A stretch of 64,000 nucleotides of DNA. Origin: Granulicella sp. (GTDB lineage Bacteria > Acidobacteriota > Terriglobia > Terriglobales > Acidobacteriaceae). The translations under genes were made by a program, and so were the position numbers. Shown piece after piece: positions 20,014 through 30,220 of the stretch. The stretch covers positions 32,001-96,000 of the forward strand of contig DAHWNL010000034.1 in the NCBI GenBank assembly GCA_027339965.1. The letters are read 5' to 3'. A model generated the notes under the pieces. That model had not been told where the DNA came from. It ran no database searches and saw only the letters and a list, made by a program, of their open reading frames with translations. Every line of letters begins with the position of its first letter. Within the stretch, counting starts at the first letter, position 1.

Positions 20014-21417
20014 ATGGCTCCGCGAAAAGCTCCGAGTTCAACGCAGCAGGAGTTGCCGCGTGTTCTAACCTCAACCCACGCGCTTTCCATCGTGGTGGGC
20101 ATCATCATAGGTACCGGTATCTTTCTGGTTCCACACGAAATCATGGCCGCGGTCGGCAGTTCAAGAATGGTCTATGGCGTGTGGATCCTCGCCGGCCTGC
20201 TTTCGCTCTTTGGCGCCATGACCTACGACGAGATCGCCGCGCTGCGGCCCCGGGTAGGTGGAGAGTACGCCTTTCTGCATGACGCTTATGGTCCGCTGAC
20301 GGCCTTCCTTTACACATGGACCTGGACCACAATCGCTCGGCCCGCTTCGATCGCCACGATCGCCGCAGGCCTGATGCGCGTCCTCGGAGCCTTCCCTCTC
20401 TTCACCTTCCTGGACGATCGGACCGTAGCCGGCCTGGACTGGGGCCAGATTCTGGCGATCCTGGTCATCTGGCTGATTACCGTGCTGAATATCGTCAGCA
20501 CTCGGGACTCGGCACTTGTGCAAACTCTGCTGACCTGGCTAAAGATCGCCATGATCATGGTGATCGCATGGATCTGCTTTGCCGGCATGAGGCATTCTGC
20601 CTGGAGCCACTCCCACTTCGTCTATCACCACGCGCAGGGAGGGTTCACCGGGTTCATGGTCGCCCTCATCGCCGCACTGTGGGCTTTCGATGGCTGGTCG
20701 GATGTTTCCCAGTTGGCCGGAGAGGTGAAACAACCCCAACGATCCATGCCCCTGGCTTTGATTGGCGGAGTCCTCATTGTGGGCAGCCTATACATGCTGA
20801 TCAATGCGGCGATTCAGGATGTTCTTCCCGCCCAGACCATCGCTATCTCGCAGCGGCCGGCGACCGATGCCCTGCAACGCGTAGCGGGCAGCCTGGGCGC
20901 CGGCCTGGTGGCTGCGGGAATGGCGGTTAGCATCGGGGCCGCGCTGGTGGGCAGTTCGCTCGCCGGAGCGCGCGTTCCGTTCGCCGCCGCTCGGGACCAT
21001 CTGTTTCCTTCCGTACTGGGGGCCATCCACCCTCGCTTTCATACGCCCTGGGCCAGCTTGCTGCTGCAGTCCATCCTGAGCACCCTTCTTCTACTGGCCA
21101 TCGGAAGATATCAGACGCTTTTTTCATTGACCATCATCGCCGAATGGCTGTTCTACTCCTTGACCGCTGCCACCGTCTTCGTATTTCGTGTGCGTGAGCC
21201 AGGGGCGGCCCGGCCCTATCGCGTCACGGGCTATCCTGTGGTTCCCGCACTCTTCCTCCTGGCCGCTGCGGTGCTGTTGGCCTTCAGCTTCCTGAATCAG
21301 CCCCGAGCCTCTCTCGCCGGTATGCTGTTCGTTCTCTGCGGAGTTCCTCTGCACTTCCTGCTTCAGCGCAGAACGACGGCCTTAAAATCAGACGGGGACT
21401 CCGTAGAAGACTCGTAG
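20014..21417 (+). CDS. APC-family amino acid permease
   Basis: GIIIGTGIF, GGEYAFL, WAFDGW, GEVKQPQR, HPRFHTP; about 12 hydrophobic segments. Confidence 0.92.
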   Translation: MAPRKAPSSTQQELPRVLTSTHALSIVVGIIIGTGIFLVPHEIMAAVGSSRMVYGVWILAGLLSLFGAMTYDEIAALRPRVGGEYAFLHDAYGPLTAFLYTWTWTTIARPASIATIAAGLMRVLGAFPLFTFLDDRTVAGLDWGQILAILVIWLITVLNIVSTRDSALVQTLLTWLKIAMIMVIAWICFAGMRHSAWSHSHFVYHHAQGGFTGFMVALIAALWAFDGWSDVSQLAGEVKQPQRSMPLALIGGVLIVGSLYMLINAAIQDVLPAQTIAISQRPATDALQRVAGSLGAGLVAAGMAVSIGAALVGSSLAGARVPFAAARDHLFPSVLGAIHPRFHTPWASLLLQSILSTLLLLAIGRYQTLFSLTIIAEWLFYSLTAATVFVFRVREPGAARPYRVTGYPVVPALFLLAAAVLLAFSFLNQPRASLAGMLFVLCGVPLHFLLQRRTTALKSDGDSVEDS

Positions 21418-21443
21418 GGCGAGGAAGTAGAGGGTTTCGGACA

Positions 21444-22259
21444 TTGTCGGCCAAGCGAAAGCCCAAGCTCGGACAGAATTTTCTGGTGGACCAGAACGCC
21501 TGCCTGCGCTTGGCAAACTCCCTCGGAGATCTCAGCCGCCGAACCGTAGTGGAGATCGGCCCGGGGCATGGAGCCATCACCGAGTTGCTCGCCGAACGCT
21601 GTAAGAACCTGCACTGCGTCGAGTTCGACTCAGACCTGGCGCGAGAGTTGCAGCTTCGCTTTCGCCACCAGACCCATGTCATCATTCACCACGCGGACAT
21701 TCTCACCTCAGATCTTCACGCCATGCTGGGAGATTCCCAGTCTCTGGATGTCGTCGGCAACCTGCCCTATTACATCACCTCGGAGATCTTGCTGCTTCTG
21801 TTTGCCGCCGCTCGTCAAAGCACGATCTCGCGTGCCGTCTTGATGGTGCAGCGCGAGGTCGCCGACCGCATCGCCGCCTGTCCCGGAGCCAGGGATTACG
21901 GTGCGCTCTCTGCGCTGACACAGCTTCATGCGGCAGTCAACCACTTGTTTATTCTGCCCCCTGCGGCCTTCAAACCTCCGCCGGATGTCTACTCGACCGT
22001 GCTTCGGCTGGATTTTGCCCCGCGATTTGCCGAACTCGGAGTCTCTTTTGAAGGATTCAACACCTTCTTGCGCCTCAGCTTTGCACGAAAACGGAAGACG
22101 CTGGCCAATAATCTGCGCTCTGCCGGATACTCTGCCGCAGAACTTGCCGCCGCATGGCCCGCAAGCATTGCCGCCCAGGCGCGCTCAGAGGCTGTTCCGC
22201 TGCAAGCCATGGCGGAGCTGTATCGCTCGCTGCAGGCGGCCCGAGGACAGCAGCCGTAG
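21444..22259 (+). CDS. rsmA: 16S rRNA adenine dimethyltransferase
   Basis: LGQNFL, EIGPGHG, GNLPYYIT, MVQREVA, FKPPPDVYS. Confidence 0.96.
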   Translation: MSAKRKPKLGQNFLVDQNACLRLANSLGDLSRRTVVEIGPGHGAITELLAERCKNLHCVEFDSDLARELQLRFRHQTHVIIHHADILTSDLHAMLGDSQSLDVVGNLPYYITSEILLLLFAAARQSTISRAVLMVQREVADRIAACPGARDYGALSALTQLHAAVNHLFILPPAAFKPPPDVYSTVLRLDFAPRFAELGVSFEGFNTFLRLSFARKRKTLANNLRSAGYSAAELAAAWPASIAAQARSEAVPLQAMAELYRSLQAARGQQP

Positions 22260-22271
22260 AAACGGGCCGCT

Positions 22272-22775
22272 TCAACGGAGCAGATGCTCCGCTGTCTGCG
22301 CGTGGTGGATGTGGCAGATGGCGATGGCCAGCGCATCGGCGGCATCGGCAGGCTGAGGAACCTTGTCCAGATTCAACAGCCGCGTCACCATGAACTGTAC
22401 CTGCTCTTTTGCTGCCAGACCGTAGCCCACAACCGAGTTTTTAATCGCCAAGGGAGCATATTCGGCTACCGGAACTCCGTAGTTGGCCGCCGCCAGCATC
22501 GCCACACCCCGCACCTGGCCCAACTTCAAGGCGCTCTTGGCGTTCGCCGAGAAAAAAACATCTTCAATGGCCACCACCTCGGGGCGCCAAAGCTGCAACA
22601 GCTCAGACAACTCGCCGTAGACCTGGAGCAGTCGCTGGGGAGTGGGATCCTTCTTGTTCAAGCGCACGGCCCCCGCACACAGCGGATGCAGCCTGGCGCC
22701 CCGCGCCCCGTCGCTGACCTCTACCACACCGTAGCCGGTGACCTCCGTCCCGCAATCGATGCCGAAGACCCTCAT
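22272..22775 (-). CDS. ruvC: Holliday junction resolvase RuvC
   Basis: GIDCG, AIEDVFF, LGQVRG, DAADALAIAICH; start at ATG 22775. Confidence 0.96.
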   Translation of the reverse strand: MRVFGIDCGTEVTGYGVVEVSDGARGARLHPLCAGAVRLNKKDPTPQRLLQVYGELSELLQLWRPEVVAIEDVFFSANAKSALKLGQVRGVAMLAAANYGVPVAEYAPLAIKNSVVGYGLAAKEQVQFMVTRLLNLDKVPQPADAADALAIAICHIHHAQTAEHLLR

Positions 22776-22932
22776 GGGTACGAGTCTAAATCGAGAAGAG
22801 CGAGGCACTGCGCCTGAAGTTTTCAAGCAGCACCCCGCTCACCAGCCGGGCTTTGGAACCAACAGAGGTCATCGATACAATCGTGCCAAGGGCACAGGCG
22901 GCTCATGCCCTCACGAAGGTTGACAGATTCCC

Positions 22933-23829
22933 GTGAACGCTCTGCGATCTCCCATTCCGGCCAGGTTTTTGTTCGCCGGTCTGCTGACGATGGCCGCATT
23001 CTCCGGTCATGCGCTGGGACGAGCATCCGGAAGATCACCGACGGCAGGATCCAGAGCACAGGCCATCCCGAGACCACCCATCTCCACAACGTCGCAACCA
23101 CCGGCCACCAGCCCCGCACCCGTATCCATCCTCGCGCCGAGCGTCGTGCAGCGCCGGGTCATCGTGCTTGACCCGGCGCATGGAGGTGCTGACCCCGGAG
23201 CGCAGATCAGCGACACAACCTCGGAGAAGGATGTAACCTTAGCGCTGGCCTTCCGGCTGCGGGCGATGCTAGCAGCGCGCGGATTTACTGTCGTGATGAC
23301 GCGCGACTCGGATGCGCCGGCCTTACCGGCTCACGGAGACGGCAGCCTCACGCTGGATGATCGCGCCGGAGTGGCCAACCATGCTCATGCAGCAGCTTGT
23401 CTGGTGCTGCATGCCAGCAGCAGCGGAGACGGCGTGCATCTCTATCGCTCCGAACTGGACGCTGCCCCCGCAGAACCTATCGTGCCGCCATGGCTGACCG
23501 CACAGGCCGCCTGGATCCCACAGAGCCATCTTCTGCAAAGAGAGATCGCCAGAGCCTTGATGCGTTCCGGCATTCCGCTGGTGACGGGTTCTGTCTCCGT
23601 GCGGCCGATGGACTCCCTGACCTGCCCCGCCCTGATCGTCGAGTTGGCCCCTGCCGACGAGAACGTGGACAGCATTAACCGAACCGGTTACCAGCAGCAG
23701 GTGGCACGCGCGATCGCCGGAGCCCTGTTGGTCTGGGAGGGCCAGGTTCAGGGGCCACCCCAACTCTGGGTGGCCGCCACCCCAACCTCGCCGGCCGGAC
23801 ACAGCGGCAGAACGGCGCTGCACCCATGA
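22933..23829 (+). CDS. N-acetylmuramoyl-L-alanine amidase (Amidase_3)
   Basis: VLDPAHGG, EKDVTL, VLHAS, IVEL zinc/catalytic motifs; signal peptide and Pro/Ser linker. Confidence 0.88.
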   Translation: MNALRSPIPARFLFAGLLTMAAFSGHALGRASGRSPTAGSRAQAIPRPPISTTSQPPATSPAPVSILAPSVVQRRVIVLDPAHGGADPGAQISDTTSEKDVTLALAFRLRAMLAARGFTVVMTRDSDAPALPAHGDGSLTLDDRAGVANHAHAAACLVLHASSSGDGVHLYRSELDAAPAEPIVPPWLTAQAAWIPQSHLLQREIARALMRSGIPLVTGSVSVRPMDSLTCPALIVELAPADENVDSINRTGYQQQVARAIAGALLVWEGQVQGPPQLWVAATPTSPAGHSGRTALHP

Positions 23830-24617
23830 GCGAAAGAAGCCAGCCAGCCCCGCGCCGCGCCCGGCCTGTCTCTCCGCATGCCGGGATTCAGAAGATCCAG
23901 CACCGTCAACGCAGCGTCTTCTGGTGTCTGATGCTGTGCATCTTCGCCATGGGTCTCCTTCTGGCGGTCGAGCGCCACAGGGAAAGACAGCGAATTGAGG
24001 CACTGGCCGAGCAGATGCCCATCGATGCGCCTACGGCGGTGGCAGAGACGGTGACCCTGGATCTGGCCAATGATCAGGACGGAAGCATTCATCCCGAGGT
24101 TCGCCAGATCGCCCTGCCGCAAGCCGTCAATGCGCGCGCCCGTGCCCTCATTGATCACCTGCTCGCTGCATACGCTCTGCCCGGCGCGGCCCATCCCCTG
24201 CCGCCGGGACCGGCCGTCGCCGAGGTGTTCCTGCTGCCCTTACCTGTGACGGGTTATGTAGCCAACCCCTCCTGGCCGGCCAGCAGCTCCGCTAAAGACC
24301 GAACAGCGACGCCCGTAGCCTCCAGAGATCCCATTGCCTTGCAACCACAGCGCCATGGCGGCGAACTGGCCGTCATCGACCTTCGCAACTCCTGGGTCAA
24401 CCAGCATCCCTCCGGCGTCGAGGTCGAGTCGCTCACCTTGAACTCGATCCTGGGCACCTTGCATCGCAATCTTCCTCAGATCGAGCAGGTGCGCTTTCTG
24501 GTGGATGGCCAGGCGCGTGAGACGCTGGCCGGCCATGCTGATCTTCTGCGCACCTACATCGTGCGCGACACATCCACCCAGACGGACGGAGACGCTCCTG
24601 AGCCGGTTCATCCATGA
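23826..24617 (+). CDS. GerMN-domain membrane-anchored protein
   Basis: Single TM segment; AVIDL...HPSG...E.LT..SI..TL..N.PQIEQVRFLVDG..RETLAGH.DL. Confidence 0.82.
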   Translation: MSERSQPAPRRARPVSPHAGIQKIQHRQRSVFWCLMLCIFAMGLLLAVERHRERQRIEALAEQMPIDAPTAVAETVTLDLANDQDGSIHPEVRQIALPQAVNARARALIDHLLAAYALPGAAHPLPPGPAVAEVFLLPLPVTGYVANPSWPASSSAKDRTATPVASRDPIALQPQRHGGELAVIDLRNSWVNQHPSGVEVESLTLNSILGTLHRNLPQIEQVRFLVDGQARETLAGHADLLRTYIVRDTSTQTDGDAPEPVHP

Positions 24618-24653
24618 AGAGCTCTCCCTGCAGAAGAAAATAGGAATCCAGGC

Positions 24654-25610
24654 ATGACAAAAGACAAGCACGAGAAAGCCATGGGTACTGCGCGGCCCCA
24701 CTCAAACCAGCTCGGGGAGCCCCTCGGCGCGCCGGGGCCGTCGGCGGCAGCCAGCCGCGCCGTAATCGCTGCGCCAGTCCGACGCGATGACCCACCGCAG
24801 CCACCCGTCATTGGCGTCTTTGACTCCGGCTTTGGCGGCCTCACCGTCCTGCGATCGCTGCTGGCGCGTATTCCCTCGGCACACTATATCTACCTGGGAG
24901 ACACAGCGCGCCTTCCTTATGGCGCAAAGTCTCCGGCGACCGTCGCCCGCTACGCCGTGGAAAGCGCCCGCTTCCTGGAGGAACGCGGCTGCCAATATCT
25001 GGTGATCGCCTGCAACACGGCCACGGCGCTGGCGCTCGAGGAGATCCGCATGGCTGTGCGGGTTCCTGTGCTGGGCGTGATTGAGCCCGGATCCCAGGCC
25101 GTCAGGCGCGAACTTCAAGATGCCGGCGGCGATGTTCTCGTTTTGGCCACCTCCGCCACCGTGCAGTCGCACGCCTATCGGGAAGCCTGCCGAAGGACTG
25201 GCCTGCGGGCCTTCGAGGTGGCCTGCCCTCTGCTGGTTCCTCTGGTGGAGGAGGGTTGGACAGACCACGATGTGACCCGGGCTGTCCTGCGCATCTATCT
25301 CTCCCAGGCCCTGGCGATCTGCCAGCCCAAAGCGGTTCTTCTCGGTTGCACGCACTATCCGCTGGTCGCCGGCGCGATCCAGGCGATGCTGCGAGAACTG
25401 GGATCAGATGCCATTGTGATCGACTCGGCCAAGGCGACGGCTGAGGCGGCCGAAACGGCACTTGGTGGTTGGTCCGCCACTGCGGCCGCGGAGGCCAAAG
25501 GCAACTTTGAGTGCTTTGCCACCGACTCCGTAGAGAAGTTTCAACGCCTCGGGAGCCTCTTTCTCGGTCAACCGATTGCGAGCGTGCACCTGCTCGACTT
25601 GGGCGGTTAG
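24654..25610 (+). CDS. murI: Glutamate racemase
   Basis: FDSGFGG, DTARLPYG, ACNTA, LGCTHY; true start may be downstream of 24654. Confidence 0.95.
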   Translation: MTKDKHEKAMGTARPHSNQLGEPLGAPGPSAAASRAVIAAPVRRDDPPQPPVIGVFDSGFGGLTVLRSLLARIPSAHYIYLGDTARLPYGAKSPATVARYAVESARFLEERGCQYLVIACNTATALALEEIRMAVRVPVLGVIEPGSQAVRRELQDAGGDVLVLATSATVQSHAYREACRRTGLRAFEVACPLLVPLVEEGWTDHDVTRAVLRIYLSQALAICQPKAVLLGCTHYPLVAGAIQAMLRELGSDAIVIDSAKATAEAAETALGGWSATAAAEAKGNFECFATDSVEKFQRLGSLFLGQPIASVHLLDLGG

Positions 25611-25683
25611 ATTCACCCTCAGGCGTCTTCCATCGGCAGGAAGATGGACACCCTAGATCCGGAACCAACTACACTGGAGAGGA

Positions 25684-26070
25684 ATGCACTACCTCCTGAA
25701 GACAGAACCGGAGAAATACTCCTTCGACGACCTTCTGCGCGACGGTGAAACCCTTTGGGATGGCGTAAAGAACGCACAAGCGTTGATGACGCTGCGCCAG
25801 ATGAGACGCGGCGAGACCTGCGTCATCTATCACTCCAATACAGGGAAGGTTGCCGTAGGCACTGCCAAAGTCATCTCTGTGACCGCCGACCCCAATGACC
25901 CGAAGACGCCTCTGGTCCGGCTTCAGGCCGGCAAGCGGCTCAAGCGGGAGAAGCCGCTGGCGGAGATTCGCCGGCAGGGCGCATTCCTTGGCTCCGTGAT
26001 GTTCCGGCAGTTTCGGCTCTCGGTTGTCCCTCTCTCCCAGGAGCAGTTCGATTGGCTTGTGCATGGCTAG
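25684..26070 (+). CDS. EVE-domain protein
   Basis: YLLKTEP..YS..DL, WDGVKN.QA, IYHS, RLSVVP. Confidence 0.9.
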   Translation: MHYLLKTEPEKYSFDDLLRDGETLWDGVKNAQALMTLRQMRRGETCVIYHSNTGKVAVGTAKVISVTADPNDPKTPLVRLQAGKRLKREKPLAEIRRQGAFLGSVMFRQFRLSVVPLSQEQFDWLVHG

Positions 26071-26273
26071 GCCGTGCTTTCCCTTCCAGAACCTGTGACT
26101 TCTCGGCATCGATGATGCCTCTTGACGTGGGCCAGCCCCGTTGCATGCCCGCTCCCACAGATGGATGGACAAGAATAGGTCTTCGGAAGCCGGCACAGCG
26201 CCAAAGCAAGCCGGAAACTGCTATCCTTACCCTCGGTTCGTTTGATTTTCCAGCCAGTTCAGGAGTCTTCAGC

Positions 26274-27050
26274 ATGATTGATATGAAGGGCAAGGTGGCC
26301 GTGGTCTTCGGCCTCGCCAACAAGCGGAGCATCGCCTATGCGATAGCCGAAAAGCTCTCCGATGCGGGCGCAACTCTGGTGCTGTGTTACCAGAATGAGC
26401 GGCTGCGAGCGGAGGCTGAGGATCTGATCGAAGCTCTTGGACAGAAGAGCGCAGCGCTGGCTGTTCAATGTGATCTTGCCGTTGACGCGGAGATCGAGAC
26501 GGCCTTTGCCAGGATTGCGGAGACCTTTCCGGTCATCCACACCGTGGTGCATTCCGTGGCTTTTGCCCCGCAAGACGCCCTGAAAAATGACTTTTTATTG
26601 ACCAAACGCGAAGACTTCCGGATCGCCCACGACGTAAGCGTCTACTCTCTGATCGCGGTCTCACGCGCCGCAGCGCCTCTCATGACGGAGGGCGGATCCA
26701 TCATGACCATGACCTACTACGGCAGCCAGAAGGTCTTCCCCAACTACAACGTGATGGGCGTTGCCAAAGCGGCGCTGGAGGCAACGGTGCGTTATCTGGC
26801 CGCCTCCCTGGGCAGCAGACAGATTCGCGTGAACGCGATCTCTGCAGGCCCGATCCGGACGCTTGCGGCGCGGGGCGTGGGCGACTTCTCTGTGCTGCTG
26901 GACGCGGTGAACGCGCGCTCTCCACTGCACAGGAACATCGAACAGGCAGAGGTTGGCAAAGTCGCGGTCTTCCTGGCCAGCGATCTCTCCAGCGGCATGA
27001 CCGGTGAAGTGACCTATGTCGATAGCGGGTTTCACATCACCGGAATCTAG
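26274..27050 (+). CDS. fabI: Enoyl-ACP reductase
   Basis: GLANKRSIA, HSVAFAP, YNVMGVAKAALE, NAISAGPIRTLA. Confidence 0.96.
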   Translation: MIDMKGKVAVVFGLANKRSIAYAIAEKLSDAGATLVLCYQNERLRAEAEDLIEALGQKSAALAVQCDLAVDAEIETAFARIAETFPVIHTVVHSVAFAPQDALKNDFLLTKREDFRIAHDVSVYSLIAVSRAAAPLMTEGGSIMTMTYYGSQKVFPNYNVMGVAKAALEATVRYLAASLGSRQIRVNAISAGPIRTLAARGVGDFSVLLDAVNARSPLHRNIEQAEVGKVAVFLASDLSSGMTGEVTYVDSGFHITGI

Positions 27051-27094
27051 ATTTCCGATTGGCGCATGAAAGTTTCACACGGAGGGATCCACAG

Positions 27095-27610
27095 ATGTCC
27101 ATCGCTGCATTGCTGCTGGAAGACTTTGACATAGAAATCTCCAATACTCGCCGCACCCTGGAGCGGGTTCCCAACGACAAGGCGGACTGGACGCCGCATA
27201 GCCGTTCCATGCCGATGGGCAAACTGGCGATGCACTGCGCCACACTGCCGTTGTTTGCCTTCTACGTCGTGGAGGACGAAGGCATGGACATGGCCAGCTC
27301 AAAACGCGAGCATGCGTCGCTGGTCTTCGAGTCGCGGGATCTGTGCCTGGCGCGCCTGGACGAGTCTGCCGCCATGTGCCGAAAGGCGCTGGCGTCAGCC
27401 AGTGATGAACACCTGGCGAAGCTCTGGCCGTTCTCTTTTGGCGCGCAGACCATCCTGAACGAGCCACGCTCCAAAACCTACAAGCTGCTTTTCCTGAACC
27501 ACATGATCCACCACACCGCCCAACTGGGCGTCTACCTGCGGTTGAACGATATTCCAGTGCCCGCACTGTATGGACCGTCAGCGGATGAGCAGTGGGAAAT
27601 GCGGAAATAA
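27095..27610 (+). CDS. DinB/YfiT-family protein
   Basis: TRRTLERVP, LAMH, NHMIHHTAQLGVYLR, VPALYGPSAD. Confidence 0.9.
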   Translation: MSIAALLLEDFDIEISNTRRTLERVPNDKADWTPHSRSMPMGKLAMHCATLPLFAFYVVEDEGMDMASSKREHASLVFESRDLCLARLDESAAMCRKALASASDEHLAKLWPFSFGAQTILNEPRSKTYKLLFLNHMIHHTAQLGVYLRLNDIPVPALYGPSADEQWEMRK

Positions 27611-27664
27611 GCGAAATGGAAGTGGGTGCCTCCCAGAGCTTCGGCCGGAGCGCAAAGACCGCAG

Positions 27665-29533
27665 CTAGCCTGCCTTCTCGCTCAGCTCCGCCCAACGCTG
27701 GTAGATTGCGTCGTGTTCGGCCCGAGCAGCGTTCATCTCTGCCAGCGCCTCGGTGAGCGCAACCGGGTTTGTGACGACGGCCGGATCTTCCAGCCTCTTG
27801 CTCGCTGCTGAGAGCCGGTGGTCTGCCTTGTCAACGCGCTCCTCCATACCGTCGAACTCCCGCTGCTCCAGATAGGAGAGTTTCTTGCGGCTCGGCGCAG
27901 ACGAGGAGGCCGACGCTGCGGCGGTGTTCAATGGCAGCTCCGTGCCCTGCTGCGCAGGCTCGGCGTCCGCGCCGCCAGATTCTTCCTCCCTCCACTGTTC
28001 CCATTGCCTGTAGTCGGCAAAGATCCGCGCCTGGCCGCGTCCATCCAGTCCCAGCACGATGTTGGAGACGCGATCCAGCAGATAACGGTCATGCGTCACC
28101 AGCACCAAAGCCCCCTTGAACTCAAGCAGTGCCTCCTCCAGAATCTCCAGCGTGGGTATATCCAGGTCGTTGGTCGGCTCGTCGAGCATGAGGACATCGG
28201 CTGGCTGCAGCATCAGCCGCGCGATCAGCACCCGGCCACGCTCACCGCCGCTCAACCGTTCCACAGGCTGGTTCAATTGGTCGCCAGTGAACAGAAACCT
28301 GGCCGCATAACTGGCTACATGGACCACACGGTCCTGGTAGACCACTGCATCGGAGTCCGGAGCTAATGCCCTCCGCAGAGTGAGTGAGGGGTCAATCTCG
28401 CGCATCTGTGAAAAGTAGACCGTGCGCAGACCCTGGGCACGCTTGATCTCGCCGCCCGCAATCGGGATTTCTCCGGAGATAGCGCGCAGGATGGTCGTCT
28501 TGCCGCTGCCATTGGGGCCTACCAAGCCGAGCTTCATGCCGTTGGTCACGCTAAAGCTGACTGCGCGCACAATCTCCCGCCCGCCCAGAGCGATACTCAC
28601 GTCGTTCAGGGCGATCAACCTCCGGGTCTGACGGTCGGTTGCTGCGAACTCGATTCCCGCGGTTGCTGTGCGGGTGCGGGCGTCCACGTCAGCGAGCTTG
28701 CCGATCAGCTCCTGGGCGTTGTCGATGCGCGCCTTGGCTTTGGTGGCCCGCGCTTTGGGCCCGCGCCGCAGCCACTCAATCTCTGTTTTGACGCTATTGC
28801 GCAGGCTCTCCTGCATCCTGCTCTGGGCCTCCTGGTACTGCTCGCGCCCCTCCAGAAACCTGGAGTAGCTGCCACGCACCCGCAGAATGCCCTCAGCATA
28901 AAGCCGATTCAACTCCACGACCTCGCTGGCTACGTTCTCCAGGAAGTAGCGGTCATGCGAAACCACCACGCAGGCAAAACGGGCTGTCCGAAGCACGCCC
29001 TCCAACCACTCAATTCCTTCCAGGTCTAGGTGGTTGGTCGGCTCGTCGAGCAACAAGACATCGGGGTCAGTCACCATGGCCTCGGCGATGGCCAAACGCT
29101 TGCGCCAACCGCCGGAGAGGCTAGCTGCTGCGGTGTCCATGTGATTGGCTGTGGCCGCGCCCTGATCCGCAAAGCCGGCGCGTCCCAGCGTCTCGCGTAA
29201 CCGTCCCTCCATCTCTTCACTTCCGAAGCTGGAGTAGGCCGAGTTCTCCGCACCCCGCAGGGCGGATTCCAAAACACCGCGCACCGTAAGTCCAGCGGCG
29301 AACTCGGAGATCTGGCGAACGTAGCCAACCCGGGCTCGACGGCGCACAGAAACCTCTCCGCGATCCGGCTCGACTTCACCGGCAAGCACCGCCAGCAGCG
29401 TAGACTTCCCAGCCCCGTTCGGGCCGATGAGGCCAATGCGGTCGCCTTCATTTACGGCAAAGCAGATGTCTTCAAACAGGGGTGTCGCCCCAAAGCGTTT
29501 CGAGACGCCTTGAGCATTCAGAATCGGCGGCAT
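27665..29533 (-). CDS. uup: ABC-F family ATPase, Uup-like
   Basis: Two ABC cassettes (GPNGAGKS, LSGG, DEPTN twice), linker WLRRGPKAR.TKAKARI, C-terminal KKLSYLEQRE coiled coil; no TM segments. Confidence 0.88.
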   Translation of the reverse strand: MPPILNAQGVSKRFGATPLFEDICFAVNEGDRIGLIGPNGAGKSTLLAVLAGEVEPDRGEVSVRRRARVGYVRQISEFAAGLTVRGVLESALRGAENSAYSSFGSEEMEGRLRETLGRAGFADQGAATANHMDTAAASLSGGWRKRLAIAEAMVTDPDVLLLDEPTNHLDLEGIEWLEGVLRTARFACVVVSHDRYFLENVASEVVELNRLYAEGILRVRGSYSRFLEGREQYQEAQSRMQESLRNSVKTEIEWLRRGPKARATKAKARIDNAQELIGKLADVDARTRTATAGIEFAATDRQTRRLIALNDVSIALGGREIVRAVSFSVTNGMKLGLVGPNGSGKTTILRAISGEIPIAGGEIKRAQGLRTVYFSQMREIDPSLTLRRALAPDSDAVVYQDRVVHVASYAARFLFTGDQLNQPVERLSGGERGRVLIARLMLQPADVLMLDEPTNDLDIPTLEILEEALLEFKGALVLVTHDRYLLDRVSNIVLGLDGRGQARIFADYRQWEQWREEESGGADAEPAQQGTELPLNTAAASASSSAPSRKKLSYLEQREFDGMEERVDKADHRLSAASKRLEDPAVVTNPVALTEALAEMNAARAEHDAIYQRWAELSEKAG

Positions 29534-29610
29534 GGCTTCAGTTTACCGGTTCTGCCGGCGGGGCACTGCATAGCGGCTGATCGCCAGCAACGGAGGAAGC
29601 GGCGGAAGCT

Positions 29611-29919
29611 CTACTCCAGATCGAAGTCACGCAGCGGCTTGCCCGTCAGCGGCGACTCCTTGGCCTTCTTCACCGCCTCAGCAAACTTCTTCGCCATCAC
29701 GTCTTCTTTGTTTTTTTCCGCCTGAACGGATTGGGCAAAGATCGACTCACGTCGTGCGTCCTGCTCCTTGAGCGCCCGGGCCGCTGCGCTCAGGTCCTCG
29801 AAGGTCTTCTTGCGCGGCGCCGGCGTGTGCGCGATCACCGTACGGCTGATCGGGTCTACCTTCAATATTCCACCACAATCCGGGCACATCACCTCAAATG
29901 GCTCATCGCTCAATCCCAT
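29611..29919 (-). CDS. Small hypothetical protein with one CxxC and a charged helical tail
   Basis: EVMCPDCGGILKVD followed by a coiled-coil-like region; GAGG upstream; fills the gap between same-strand genes. Confidence 0.75.
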   Translation of the reverse strand: MGLSDEPFEVMCPDCGGILKVDPISRTVIAHTPAPRKKTFEDLSAAARALKEQDARRESIFAQSVQAEKNKEDVMAKKFAEAVKKAKESPLTGKPLRDFDLE

Positions 29920-29965
29920 GACACACAACCTCAGCTAACGATTGTACGGCGGCGGAACATACCTG

Positions 29966-30178
29966 TTAGGAGAAGCGAGGAGTATCGCGCAGCGCCCAGA
30001 TGAGGGCCACCACCCAGCCAATCAGGGTCCAGCCAAAGAACAGGTTAACCAGAAAGATCCACCAGAAGTTGTTCGCGTGGCGGGAGCCAGCGACGAAGGT
30101 GGGCAAAAAGTGGATCAAAATCACCACGGCGCCCATCAGGACTAAAAGAAGAAGCGGTAATCCCAAAATATAAGCCAT
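29966..30178 (-). CDS. Superinfection immunity (T4 Imm-like) small membrane protein
   Basis: FLPTFVA..RH....IFLVNLFFGWTLIGWVVALIWA signature; 70 aa. Confidence 0.85.
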   Translation of the reverse strand: MAYILGLPLLLLVLMGAVVILIHFLPTFVAGSRHANNFWWIFLVNLFFGWTLIGWVVALIWALRDTPRFS

Positions 30179-30220
30179 GCCTTGCAGTATGCCTCTGAAC
30201 GCACTCTGTGTACATGGAAA

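Noticed and set aside
22272..22775. RuvC as part of a CRISPR or transposon nuclease
   Set aside because: Size and motifs match the stand-alone Holliday junction resolvase in a housekeeping context.
25684..30178. EVE plus Imm-like genes as a prophage or defence island
   Set aside because: They are separated by core genes (fabI, uup); no integrase, structural phage genes, nucleases or att-like repeats were seen.
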